Shown: in pieces, positions 1 through 9,438 of the stretch
Position numbering within the stretch: position 1 is the stretch's first letter
How the letters are laid out: the number at the start of each line of letters is the position of its first letter
Position numbers and translations under genes: made by a program
Notes under the pieces: model-generated
Told to the model about the DNA's origin: nothing
What the model saw: only the letters and a program-made list of their open reading frames with translations
Database searches by the model: none
Source: an uncultured virus (IMG/VR IMGVR_UViG_3300021256_002084)
Lineage: Duplodnaviria; Heunggongvirae; Uroviricota; Caudoviricetes
IMG/VR virus record: IMGVR_UViG_3300021256_002084
Strand: one strand, 5' to 3'
Length of the DNA: 20,000 bases

Positions 1-433
1 AAGCATAAAGAGAAAAGACGTCTGGACCAGAACCGTTGAATACGCCTTGAATCATCGTTGAGAATATCCTGTCAGCATCTTTGTCTGGAATCGCTTCGAC
101 GAAATGAATAAGATATGGGACGTTTATCCATGTAGAAAGATTTGTGCGGAAAATATAATCGTACTCAAGACCTATCATATCCAAAGCCTGGAATGTGAGT
201 CTCGTCTTGTCCCAAGTATGATCAATATCATCATTACAAGGGACGCTTATCTTGTGATTCGTTCGACTGATATGTACTTGGTCATCAGACGATGCTGTGT
301 ACGTCCAGAAGTCTACATTCTCGTAAACTCCGGCCAATATATGCTTAGCATAGCACTGCTCACGAATCATCGCTTCCTCAACACGGAAGAATTCTTCGTT
401 GCATCCCATTGCCAATATAAGAATCTTCTTCAT
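1..433 (-). CDS. Putative glycosyltransferase (GT31/galactosyltransferase-like); runs off the window edge
   Basis: Manual translation from ATG 433: MKKILILAMGCNEEFF...PCNDDIDHTWDKTRLTFQAL...EYDYIFRTNLSTWINVPYL, open to base 1. YDYIFRTNxSTWIN resembles the GT31 ydyilKtDdDtfvn region; lies directly downstream of another GT gene. Confidence 0.6.
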   Translation of the reverse strand, partial: MKKILILAMGCNEEFFRVEEAMIREQCYAKHILAGVYENVDFWTYTASSDDQVHISRTNHKISVPCNDDIDHTWDKTRLTFQALDMIGLEYDYIFRTNLSTWINVPYLIHFVEAIPDKDADRIFSTMIQGVFNGSGPDVFSLYA

Positions 434-471
434 TAAAAATGATACTCTCTTTTCTTGAAATAGTTACATAA

Positions 472-2778
472 TCATCTACGCTTATGACTATTGTACTGAA
501 AACGCTGATCGCGGAATAACGGTTCAAAAGAAGAAACTTTAATACCGAGTTTCCACAGAACGTAACTCAATGACATCTAATCTCTGTGACTATACTTTCT
601 CAGTACTTCGGCCCACATATCCATCACTTTCCTGACTTTATCCGTATTCTTACGCACTATCACATTCGTCTCGTGTAATCCATAGTGATGCGGGAACTGT
701 TCTTGTCTGTAGAAATCAAGCTGCGGATTCAAATTATTCCAAGTATCTTTCCTGTACTTTACAATTGCTTCAGCCTCGTCGTATATACAGTCTCTCTTCG
801 GATGTTTGGTGATGACGACATCATCGTCTGCTATCTTATCGACGAACTCATCGAGATTGCATTTGATAGTCAGGTTGCCGTCGACCCAAAGACATATATC
901 ATAGTTCTCAAGGAACTCATACGGCTTGATTTTGATGATGCGCTGCTTCTTGATGATTGAGAGACTTTCGTCGTTCGCTATAGATTTCGGTAACGGACGT
1001 ATCTCCCAGACTTTTGACGTGAAATTAGTCTGATCCGTAAAGCAGACGTATCTCCATCCTGGCGTCACTACCAGAGGTTCTATCAATGCATCATATTTTC
1101 CAGTAATGCAAGTATAGCATATCTTGATTGAGGTTTCTTCTCTCCTCATAAGACGTCCTTTCTATATATTAATATCGTTTATCTTGTTTCCCGTCGTATT
1201 TACATCACACAGACGGTCGCTCTTTGCAGACTTTGTCGTATATGGTCGCATAGAACGGTAATCGGGAGTTCCGACGACACGCACATTACGCTCATTCTCT
1301 ATAATCTTGAGCAATATGTCATCTGTCGTAATGTAATCGTAGATATCTTCTTCTTTTATATCTTCAACGTGAAGTATGTTAGCGGGATAAAGTACGCCAC
1401 CGACGCCAGTAGCGAACAAATCGAAAGAAGGAACCGACTTGTCCTTAGACTGGAATATCCAATCTCCGTAGTTTTTCGGAGTTATTCCGTCTTCTTTATA
1501 AGTGATACAATGACAACGGCACGCACAGACAGTATTCGGATATTCGACGTGCGTACGATACAAATCCTCTATCATCTTAGAGTAATAGTGTTGATCATCG
1601 TCTACTGTAATGATGACAGCATCTTTGTACTTCATCATAGCCGGATAATACTTCAAGTGGGGACGATAGTTCTTTTCATATATGATTATTTCTACTTTGC
1701 CCTCACGCTGAAGTTTAAGTATAGAATCAGGAACATATTGTTTATCGTCTTTGTATATGCTCAATACGACTAATTCTGGTTTAATGGTCTGCTGTGTTAA
1801 TATCTCTCTGATGACATTCGGTGCATCATTCTTCAGTCTCTCCCCGAAAGATGTCAGAGATACGATAATGCGTTCGGTCACTTCGACTTTACGCTTCATC
1901 GATGAGAGAACGCCAGTTCGTCTCGCAGGATTGATAGGATTTCTCTGAGGAAACTTCAAATCAGTAGTTTTGTTCCAGTAATCAACAAACTCTTGCTTGC
2001 CCATATGAATTCCCCAAGGATAACGGCCCAGACGTTTATGCCACAGTTCTGGATTGTTATCAATAGCGAATTCAACCGCAGTTTTAACATCAGTATTCTC
2101 GTGTACATTATATAATATATAAGAAATATACTGATCCTCGACAGTCTTGAGACGTTCGTTGCGTTTCAACCCAGAATCGGGTTTTAATATGTCAATCATT
2201 CTCTAAACCTTTCTGAGAGACAACCCACCATTTCCGCACGCTTCTTCTGGAATTCCTATAGAAGATGCGTATTCTTTCGTCCATGGCGCACCGATGTACG
2301 TCTTGTCCATAGCAACAAAATGCTTCAAGTCGTCAGCAGTTCCGAATATGTAAGCATCGAGTTGCAAGATGAGGATATACTTCCAGGCAGTGAAATGCTT
2401 ATAGAAGTCAGCAGACAAAAGCATATCCGAATATGAGTTCTTCCCGATGAAGTTTCTTGAAGGAAGTCTGAGATACTGCAATTCGACTCCAGATGCAATG
2501 GAATTGTAAACATCAGCCCTCAGAAGTTTGGGACATACAATACAGATGTCGAAATACTTACCGAGTTTCTCAACATTGTTCTTCAGATTCATCTGCTCGA
2601 ATTCTAGAATCCTGTTAGTGTACGCAGGGATGACTATCAGACACTCTGAATTTTTCTTGGGTTTAATAATATCATTCGTCTATAGCGGAGCAACAGTTCC
2701 AGTAAAGTCGTTGTACGACTATCCTGTATTTCCAACAGACGATTTGTACACATTATAGAATTCTTGAAATGAATGCAT
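472..2778 (-). CDS. 768-aa multidomain glycosyltransferase (DUF5672-like + GT-A domain + DUF616/TOD1-MUCI70-like); 5 in-frame TAG=Gln
   Basis: Track ORFs 2203-2592, 1162-2199 and 577-1149 share one frame and each ends in TAG (2203, 1162, 577); two more TAGs at 2680 and 2719. ATG 2778, TGA 472-474. Motifs: LIVIPAY..ILQLDAYIF..YIGAPW..GNGGLSLRKV(Q)RM..EDQY; IIVSLTSF..ITVDDD..TGVGGVLYP..DDI; YTCITGKYD..WVDGN..HPKRDCIYDE..SHRD(Q)MSLSYVLW. Confidence 0.85.
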
Positions 2779-2794
2779 TGAAATGTAAGAAACT

Positions 2795-2812
2795 TCGATT
2801 TTAATTATTTAT
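2795..2812 (-). promoter_or_regulatory. Putative late promoter ATAAATAATTAAAATCGA
   Basis: Identical 18-mer at 17485-17502 in front of a fibre-like gene; core resembles the T4 late promoter TATAAATA. Confidence 0.6.
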
Positions 2813-2842
2813 TTTCAAAAGTTGTGCATTTTGTTTATAAAC

Positions 2843-2876
2843 AAAAAAGAGCAGTTCCTTTGCCAGAATCTGCTCC
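2843..2876 (-). terminator. Intrinsic terminator after GIY-YIG gene
   Basis: Minus strand GAGCAGATTCT-GGCAA-AGGAACTGCTC followed by TTTTTT. Confidence 0.65.
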
Positions 2877-2976
2877 GAGGAAATATATAATATACCCGGC
2901 CAAGGTTGGAATTTTCTTTCCTATAGATGGGACAAATATATTTATCAGAGAACGAAAATGTGAAAATTGAATTTTC

Positions 2977-3870
2977 TTAAATGATTGTTCTTTCCGTTTC
3001 CCATTCAACTGCCTTGTGCCCGCCGGTCACAAGAATAGCAGCCTCATCCAAAGAGCCGACTGTCGTTCCGATTCCGACTGTATAGTTTTGTTCGTCGATG
3101 ACTACATTCGGAACTAACATATGAAGTTCGTCTATGTTCACATCATCTGCTATCTTCGTGTTTCCCAAGAACATATAACGTCCGTCGTTGAGTTTTATGC
3201 ATTCTGCGTAGAAGTCTGGACCTTTCAGCACGTGCTTCTCTATGATGCTTTCTTCTTCGTCGAAATCGTCTTGATAGTCAGAATCATTACGAACAGCGCT
3301 CAATTTATGATTACTGAGAGATATGCGTTTTGAACGGGGACGCTTGATGTTCTGCGTAAGAGCGAATCTGCGCTTCGTGTATATCCCATTGAAACCGGCA
3401 TACTCAATCATCATCATATAGTCATTGAAAACATCACGCATCAAGACTTTCTTATCGGGAGACAGATACGGTTCTTCTGGAATACTACGATTCTCCATCA
3501 GTTCAACATCACCTTGTTCAATTGCTTGAATGATAGCCAGATACTCAAGATACATAACCTCAGACTTCTCGAACTAGCCAACTGAACGTGTCAAAACACA
3601 AGCGTCTGAGAACTCACGATGTTTCTATATATGCTGCAAAATACGCTTCGACGCATCGCCAGTCTAACCGATGTATATCGAGCGTTTTTCTCCGCGAGTT
3701 TCCGGCCATATGAGCGTATATAGAGCAGCTTGCTTGATATGACTGCACTTACGTATGTAGTCTTGGTCGTATGAAATCAAGACAGTCATACACAGTTGTT
3801 TCTCCGGATAGACATACACACGAGTCTAGTCCGGACGTCCGTTAATCAAATAGCCGTCGATTTTAATCAT
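2977..3870 (-). CDS. GIY-YIG nuclease with C-terminal DUF4357 (RAMA-like) domain, 297 aa; 4 in-frame TAG=Gln
   Basis: Read-through from ATG 3870: MIKIDGYLINGRPD(Q)...AALYTLIW...SIYIG(Q)TGDASKRILQHI(Q)KH...EVMYLEYLAI...ENR; C-terminus GSLDEAAILVTGGHKAVEW. TAGs at 3826, 3664, 3625, 3574; stop TAA. Confidence 0.75.
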
Positions 3871-3879
3871 ATGATCCGA

Positions 3880-4167
3880 TTATAGATATTTCTCGTCGTT
3901 TACTGAAAATGAGAACTCGGTTTCGTGGTCGTGATCAACTACAAGTCTACGTGCTGGAGCATCTTCTTTACCCTTTACGCATCCGAGATACATACCAAGT
4001 GTGCCGTAGCGCATTTGAAATTCAGAACACTCGTAATATTCGTTGCCTTTTGATGTTGCAAGTTCTGCGGCTATACGACCGTTTATCTTGTTCTGAAAGT
4101 AGCGTTGTTTGTCATTGGAGTGAGCTGGTTGAAAGTTCCACTCAATCGTATGAAATGTACTGTACAT
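3880..4167 (-). CDS. Hypothetical protein, 95 aa
   Basis: ATG..TAA ORF ending 9 bp upstream of the GIY-YIG gene; ATAAATA at 4194-4200 upstream. Confidence 0.7.
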   Translation of the reverse strand: MYSTFHTIEWNFQPAHSNDKQRYFQNKINGRIAAELATSKGNEYYECSEFQMRYGTLGMYLGCVKGKEDAPARRLVVDHDHETEFSFSVNDEKYL

Positions 4168-4292
4168 ATATTTCTCTCTTCTTGGGTTTTCCTTATTTAT
4201 TATTAAATATATTCAATGTTGGACAAAATTTGTGATTTTGTATTCAAAAAGATTTAATTAATGTTAATGAAATGAATTTTGTTCTCTGATTA

Positions 4293-4324
4293 CTTGCACA
4301 CTTAAAGATAATTTCTTACCTTTG
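4293..4324 (+). promoter_or_regulatory. Bacteroidetes primary-sigma promoter (-33 CTTG, -7 TACCTTTG)
   Basis: Matches TTTG-N19-21-TAnnTTTG with a 20-nt spacer; 30 bp upstream of ATG 4355. Confidence 0.75.
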
Positions 4325-4354
4325 TGCTCACAAAGAAATTAATACAATAAGCAT

Positions 4355-5251
4355 ATGATTGAAGAGTTCAATTCAGAAAAGAGACAACGCCAGATTGACG
4401 AATATCTAGCGGCCGATTACAAAATCGGAGATATGGTCCAGGTACGCGGAAAAGACTTGCTGTCGAACACATCTCAAGACTCAGACGCATGGAACAACTT
4501 AAATGTCGTCGGCATTCAACCGGACGGCAAACTTGAGTTGCGTCGCAGCGGCTATCGTCCCAATGATTATCACGGAGAACTGAACATCATTGACCCGAAA
4601 GAAGTCGAAGTCAGGAAAGACTGTTTCAAAATCGGAGTCAATCCATTCCCGGAAAAGGATTGGATGTCTTGCGTTCGTACGACCGGCTACGGATTCAGCC
4701 ATATCTACTTCAAAATAGGAGAAATTATCAAGAACAATAATGTCGCAAACACTATCAACGGCATTGACGTTTTTGAATATAACTTCAACCCATATGTGAT
4801 TGATAGCGACGGCAAGAAACTCTACTACCAGAGAAATTATGTCTGGACGCTAGAAGACGAGCAAGCATTTATTGAATCCATTTACAATAATCTCAGTCTC
4901 GGAACAGTCGTTTTGAGAAAACGTTCGTATAATTACGTGAAGAGCCAGGCAGAGAAAGGAAACAAAGAAGTGGGATACTTTGATGTCGTTGACGGCAAGC
5001 AGCGTCTACACACATTAAAACGCTTCTTAAACAATGAGTTTGCTGATATGCACGGAAACTACTTCGGTGATTTCTCAACATATGCTCGTCGTATGTTCTC
5101 TCAGGATCCAAACGGATTGAACGTCTTGGAGATTGAAGAAAAAGCGACAGACGAAGATGTGTTGAGAGTCTTTATGAACGTGAACTACTCAGGCAAGCCA
5201 ATGTCAAAGGAACATCTTGAATACGTGCGTTCGTTATTTAAGAAAATTTAA
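4355..5251 (+). CDS. DUF262 (GmrS-like, ParB/Srx fold) domain protein, 298 aa
   Basis: YQRNYVW..FIESI..VVDGKQRLHTL..FMNVNYSGKPMS are the three DUF262 signature motifs. Confidence 0.85.
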   Translation: MIEEFNSEKRQRQIDEYLAADYKIGDMVQVRGKDLLSNTSQDSDAWNNLNVVGIQPDGKLELRRSGYRPNDYHGELNIIDPKEVEVRKDCFKIGVNPFPEKDWMSCVRTTGYGFSHIYFKIGEIIKNNNVANTINGIDVFEYNFNPYVIDSDGKKLYYQRNYVWTLEDEQAFIESIYNNLSLGTVVLRKRSYNYVKSQAEKGNKEVGYFDVVDGKQRLHTLKRFLNNEFADMHGNYFGDFSTYARRMFSQDPNGLNVLEIEEKATDEDVLRVFMNVNYSGKPMSKEHLEYVRSLFKKI

Positions 5252-5272
5252 CAACATTAACAATAAGCAGAT

Positions 5273-6016
5273 ATGAAGATTAAAGAGATTTACGAAAACA
5301 TCATTGCTTTTCTGATTGAGAACTTTACAGCAATATGTGAGAAGTTCGAGAAAGCATCAAAGATGACTGAAGAAGTCAAGCGAATTTCTGAGAACATAAA
5401 GAAAGACATTGATACTCTCTGGAAGTCAATGCAGCAACATCGTCAGCATGAGGGCACACGATATGTCTTAGTCAATCCGGATGGGGAACTTGACGGTTAT
5501 TTCTTCAACGACCAGGACTACGACTCAAAGTTGCGTGAGTTCTATACTACAGCAGACATCAAAGCCGGAGAACGTCTCTATATGGTCAACAACTACTATG
5601 AAGAAAAGACGTTCATCGTTTGCTATCGCATCTATAGTCCTTCAAAGAACACGATGTTCCTCGAAGTAAAGGAATATAATAAAGACAAGAGTTATGCGGA
5701 TCCAGACTGGTGCTACACTGAAGAATTCGACAAGTGCGTTCGTAAGATGGCTGCTGACGAAGCCTATACAGAACGTGCAAAAAGAGACTTCAAGAAGTAT
5801 CATAACTGCGACGAAGAGAACGAAGACGAAATAGAGAAAGAGTTTGAAGAGCGCAAACTTGACTTAGTCGCCTGGCAGATTGCTGATCAGATTGATAAAG
5901 AGCATCGCACATATCTTCAGTTCGATTGTATCAAATATCGTGTACAAGCGATTCTTTATAAAGATGCCGGAAAAGAATGGCATAAACCTCATCGTTGGGA
6001 GTACTCCGAATTCTAA
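5273..6016 (+). CDS. Hypothetical protein, 247 aa
   Basis: Long ORF 21 bp after the DUF262 gene, followed by a terminator; no motif recognised. Confidence 0.8.
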   Translation: MKIKEIYENIIAFLIENFTAICEKFEKASKMTEEVKRISENIKKDIDTLWKSMQQHRQHEGTRYVLVNPDGELDGYFFNDQDYDSKLREFYTTADIKAGERLYMVNNYYEEKTFIVCYRIYSPSKNTMFLEVKEYNKDKSYADPDWCYTEEFDKCVRKMAADEAYTERAKRDFKKYHNCDEENEDEIEKEFEERKLDLVAWQIADQIDKEHRTYLQFDCIKYRVQAILYKDAGKEWHKPHRWEYSEF

Positions 6017-6034
6017 ACTTCTTCCATATTAAGC

Positions 6035-6080
6035 AAAGACGCCAGGAATCACGAAAATGATTTCAGCGTCTTTTTCTTTT
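6035..6080 (+). terminator. Intrinsic terminator
   Basis: AAAGACGC..GAATCA-CGAAAA-TGATTT..GCGTCTTT followed by a T-tract. Confidence 0.7.
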
Positions 6081-6089
6081 GTCCGCATA

Positions 6090-6117
6090 AACTATTCTAG
6101 TTTTCTTGAGTACAATA
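6090..6117 (+). promoter_or_regulatory. Putative phage 'middle' promoter variant AACTATT-N14-TACAATA
   Basis: Same spacing as copies at 14147, 14239, 17530, 18010. Confidence 0.45.
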
Positions 6118-6120
6118 AGT

Positions 6121-7377
6121 ATGATAAGCAGAAATAATACAAATACACAGGATACGAACAAGATTAAAGTATTTACGGCATTCTCAGGATATGACTCCCA
6201 GTGTCTCGCACTAAAGAGACTCAAGGACGAACATCCAGATTTCGACTACGAACTGGTCGGATGGTCAGAAATCGAGCCGAATGCTATCAAGGCACATAAC
6301 ATACTTTTCCCAGAAGCAGCAGACAAAAATCTCGGAGACATTGCTAAAATCGACTGGACGCAAGTTCCCGATTTCGATCTCTTCACTTATAGTAGTCCAT
6401 GCACCGACTTCAGTTTAGCCGGTTCTTTAAGCGGAGGCGAAGAAGGTAGCGGAACACGAAGCAGTCTTCTTTGGGAGTGTCGCAGATGCATTGAAGCCAA
6501 ACGACCCAAGTACTTATTGCTTGAGAACGTACAGAACCTCGTCAGCAAGCGATTCTTCGACTTGTTTTGTAAGTGGATAGACACAGTCAACGCTTTCGGG
6601 TATGAATCGTTCTGGACGACACTCAATGCCAAAGATTTCGGAGTTCCTCAAAACCGCGAAAGAGTGTTCTTAGTCTCAATACGCAAAGACTCTGAAGAAG
6701 AGAAAATCTCATTCAACTTCCCGAAACCTCTCAAGGTGAAGCCCGATGTCAAAGACATCTACGAAAAGCAAGTCTCCTCAGAATATGACATCGACTACAA
6801 GAAGATGATAGCGTGGGTCGCTAACAACCAGCAGAAAATCTTGGAGTATATATCAGAACGAAACAATATGGATATTTCCGAGATAGAAATAACAAATCCG
6901 GAAAACATCAGTATAATCTATAAAAGCAATACACAAGAAAGCGATATGCAGAAGAAAAAGAACAACCTCACTGAAGAAGAGCAGCAGTTGCTGGAAGAAC
7001 AGGAAGCAGAGCGTGAACTGGAAAGCGCAGAACTCTCTGACTTCGACGATTCATTCAAGCCTACAGTTCTCAGTGAGGAAGAGAAAAGACGTCCAGTTAA
7101 ACCGGTCATCGAATATCTGACTGAGGAAGACAAGAAGATACGTGGAAATGACAAATGCATCAAGATTATCCCTACGCCGACTCGAAGCGACGGATCTGCG
7201 CCCACACTGATGGCTACGGGTTATCAGTCAGCAGACTATAAGAACTTCTATTCAGTGGGACACTTCCCGAAACTTGGCGTCTTCGAAGTATGGCATCATA
7301 ATCCGAAGAAACTTCGCAAGAAAGCAAATAAGACAGAAACATCAGAAGAAATATCTAACACAAACACACTTATATAA
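6121..7377 (+). CDS. DNA (cytosine-5)-methyltransferase, motifs I-VIII plus variable region; motifs IX-X apparently missing
   Basis: FSGYDSQ (motif I variant), GDI, SSPCTDFS, ENV, QNRERVF; no RxLTxRE or GN(S/A) motif before TAA. ATG 6121 preferred over TTG 6106. Confidence 0.85.
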   Translation: MISRNNTNTQDTNKIKVFTAFSGYDSQCLALKRLKDEHPDFDYELVGWSEIEPNAIKAHNILFPEAADKNLGDIAKIDWTQVPDFDLFTYSSPCTDFSLAGSLSGGEEGSGTRSSLLWECRRCIEAKRPKYLLLENVQNLVSKRFFDLFCKWIDTVNAFGYESFWTTLNAKDFGVPQNRERVFLVSIRKDSEEEKISFNFPKPLKVKPDVKDIYEKQVSSEYDIDYKKMIAWVANNQQKILEYISERNNMDISEIEITNPENISIIYKSNTQESDMQKKKNNLTEEEQQLLEEQEAERELESAELSDFDDSFKPTVLSEEEKRRPVKPVIEYLTEEDKKIRGNDKCIKIIPTPTRSDGSAPTLMATGYQSADYKNFYSVGHFPKLGVFEVWHHNPKKLRKKANKTETSEEISNTNTLI

Positions 7378-7394
7378 TTGATGTATCAAACATC

Positions 7395-7440
7395 AAAAAA
7401 GAACGACTCTTGATATACGATCGAGAGTCGTTTTTTATTT
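7395..7440. terminator. Bidirectional intrinsic terminator between convergent genes
   Basis: AAAAAAG-AACGACTCTTGAT-ATACG-ATCGAGAGTCGTT-TTTT. Confidence 0.8.
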
Positions 7441-7457
7441 GTCAGTTATAAGACAGT

Positions 7458-8087
7458 TTACCCGAAGTCCACAATGAAATTCCCGTCACCGTATTTTCCG
7501 TAATGCTTACGAATGCGCTCGGCAAGTTCTGGCGTCAAGTCTCCATATACCATCTTCTCTCTCGGAAGACTGAAGTCCATTATAATGTTCTTCCCGTCTT
7601 GCTTACATAAGAAATCAATCAGGCTATCGACATCAGTAAACACTTCGTCATCGTGACAGATGCGGCAACGGAAAATCTCTTCTTTGTCACAATTCATAAA
7701 CAGAACCGGACCGTTGCCATCGATTTCTGCAATATCGATATATGCGTCTCCACCGTACATATCATTAGACATAAAGTCGTCCCACTTCGCAAGTTCCTGT
7801 ACGTTCATTTCACCAGCACGAACCTTGCTGAACATATCTATTCCTTTCTTGTACATATCGTGCAAGCGTGAATACTCAGCCTTAGAACTGCGCTGTTTAA
7901 TCTCACTCTCACTCAGGCCGATGTCACGCAGATAGCGATACATCTTGTCATTGTACCAGGCATAGAAGTCCTCATAAGACTGAGAATCTTTCTCTTTCAG
8001 ATTCTTAATCTCTTTGTCGAGCCAAGCGTTCAATTTCTCTTTCGGAATCAAGTCAGCTCTGTATCTGCTCCATGTCCATTCACTCAT
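7458..8087 (-). CDS. Hypothetical protein, 209 aa
   Basis: ATG..TAA ORF, last gene of a co-directional array. Confidence 0.8.
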   Translation of the reverse strand: MSEWTWSRYRADLIPKEKLNAWLDKEIKNLKEKDSQSYEDFYAWYNDKMYRYLRDIGLSESEIKQRSSKAEYSRLHDMYKKGIDMFSKVRAGEMNVQELAKWDDFMSNDMYGGDAYIDIAEIDGNGPVLFMNCDKEEIFRCRICHDDEVFTDVDSLIDFLCKQDGKNIIMDFSLPREKMVYGDLTPELAERIRKHYGKYGDGNFIVDFG

Positions 8088-8120
8088 AACTATATAATGT
8101 CTTAATCATTGTTGTTTGAC

Positions 8121-8588
8121 TTAATGTAACTCGTGCGTTATCTCGCCTCTCTTCGGGTAGTCGTCCAGATGAACTGTATTATTTATGATGTTCAGCATCA
8201 CTTTCTCTTCCGGAAAATCTGGGACGAAAGTCATAATGTCAGCATCTGATGGCATATAACCTTCGAAATCAATCACAACAGGCTCTGTCATCAGACTCAT
8301 TATCTTATTAATCTTTTCGGGAAACTCTCGGAAGCAAGCACTCGAAGATACAGTCCCGGAAGCAAACTCGCCACTTATTGTGTCTATCGGACGGTCATCC
8401 ATAAACATAATTCGCTTCAAGTCACTGACAGCGCTGAAGAACAACTGCTCAACAGTCATATCGCTGTCCTCAAAATACTTGTTCTTATTGCCTTTCGTCA
8501 CTACAGCATCGTAGAGGCATTCCATCACTGCAAGAGCTGCACTTTGCTTGTTCTTGATATACTTGAAATCTAATCTATACTTTTTCAT
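8121..8588 (-). CDS. Hypothetical protein, 155 aa
   Basis: ATG..TAA ORF in tightly packed array. Confidence 0.8.
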   Translation of the reverse strand: MKKYRLDFKYIKNKQSAALAVMECLYDAVVTKGNKNKYFEDSDMTVEQLFFSAVSDLKRIMFMDDRPIDTISGEFASGTVSSSACFREFPEKINKIMSLMTEPVVIDFEGYMPSDADIMTFVPDFPEEKVMLNIINNTVHLDDYPKRGEITHELH

Positions 8589-8603
8589 CTTTATTTGTCT
8601 TTA

Positions 8604-8786
8604 TTATGTTTGTCTTAACTGAGTTCCCGATACTGTGTCCAACAAGACTTTAAACGCGGCTTCATCTCCTATCATATCATAGAGTTCTTCAGCGTCCTTG
8701 ATAGTCTTTGCATAAACTTCCTCCCACTTGTCGTTCTTGTCACAGTAGGAGATGCAGTACCGGTCTTTCTGAGTGTTCTGAGCCAT
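8604..8786 (-). CDS. Hypothetical protein, 60 aa
   Basis: ATG..TAA ORF filling the array with short gaps. Confidence 0.7.
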   Translation of the reverse strand: MAQNTQKDRYCISYCDKNDKWEEVYAKTIKDAEELYDMIGDEAAFKVLLDTVSGTQLRQT

Positions 8787-8788
8787 TT

Positions 8789-9100
8789 TTAATTATCTTT
8801 ATATTGATACGGTACGCCGTTAATCTTCTTAATGTTGTGCTGAATGACGCATTCTTCTTTCTCTCGTTTCATTGGAGTTCCGTCTTTCTTGCAAACTTTC
8901 CCGTAGTACGCCATCTGCGGCATATCCCAAATGTGAACCCCGAATCTCTCAACTCAAATCAACCGCATATGATCCTCGACTAAGTCACCGATTTTCACAG
9001 GATTGTTCGACAAAGCATACTTCTTAGCGAGAACTTTCAAAGCACTCTCGCATTCAGCCTTTATCCTTTTGATCTCGCTGTTGTATTCTTCTTTAGTCAT
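8789..9100 (-). pseudogene. 103-codon phage gene interrupted by one in-frame TGA (8954-8956)
   Basis: MTKEEYNSEIKRIKAECESALKVLAKKYALSNNPVKIGDLVEDHMRLI*VERFGVHIWDMPQMAYYGKVCKKDGTPMKREKEECVIQHNIKKINGVPYQYKDN; the frame fills the gap between neighbours exactly. Confidence 0.65.
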
Positions 9101-9438
9101 AACTCTTTAATATATAATCATTATTTCATATTCTCGTTTTTCCAATTAGCAAAATGATGTGCAACATATCGTATCAGTTGCGCCTTAGATTGAAAATTCA
9201 TAAATTCTTTCTCATTTCGAATCATTTGTTCAATTTCATCTTCTAATATAGAGTTTTTGACTATTTCAGCAGCATCAATCCTATTTAAAGTTTCATAATC
9301 TTTCTCTTGCTGACATTTAGAAACATATTCAGCAAAACACTTAATACCTTCAAAAGTCAATTCTACTTTAAAATCGACACTTTCTGTATTGAAATACTTT
9401 TTTATAATATATTCTAATTCTTCTTTAGTCATAACTCT
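9085..9438. repeat. 22-bp direct repeat ATTCTTCTTTAGTCATAACTCT at 9085-9106 and 9417-9438
   Basis: Identical sequence covering the leader and MTKE(E) start of two adjacent genes. Confidence 0.85.
9121..9432 (-). CDS. Hypothetical protein, 103 aa (AT-rich)
   Basis: ATG..TAA ORF in array; visibly lower GC than neighbours. Confidence 0.75.
   Translation of the reverse strand: MTKEELEYIIKKYFNTESVDFKVELTFEGIKCFAEYVSKCQQEKDYETLNRIDAAEIVKNSILEDEIEQMIRNEKEFMNFQSKAQLIRYVAHHFANWKNENMK

Noticed and set aside
104..2758. Plus-strand ORFs opposite the GT genes (and similar shadow ORFs elsewhere)
   Set aside because: Antisense shadows of motif-bearing genes with no recognisable motifs of their own.
2977..3870. 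Intron-encoded homing endonuclease
   Set aside because: No interrupted host gene or intron core is visible; the architecture fits free-standing GIY-YIG-DUF4357.
8954..8956. Genome-wide TGA recoding
   Set aside because: Only one instance; TGA is the apparent stop at 472, 9429, 9554, 14123 and 14671.
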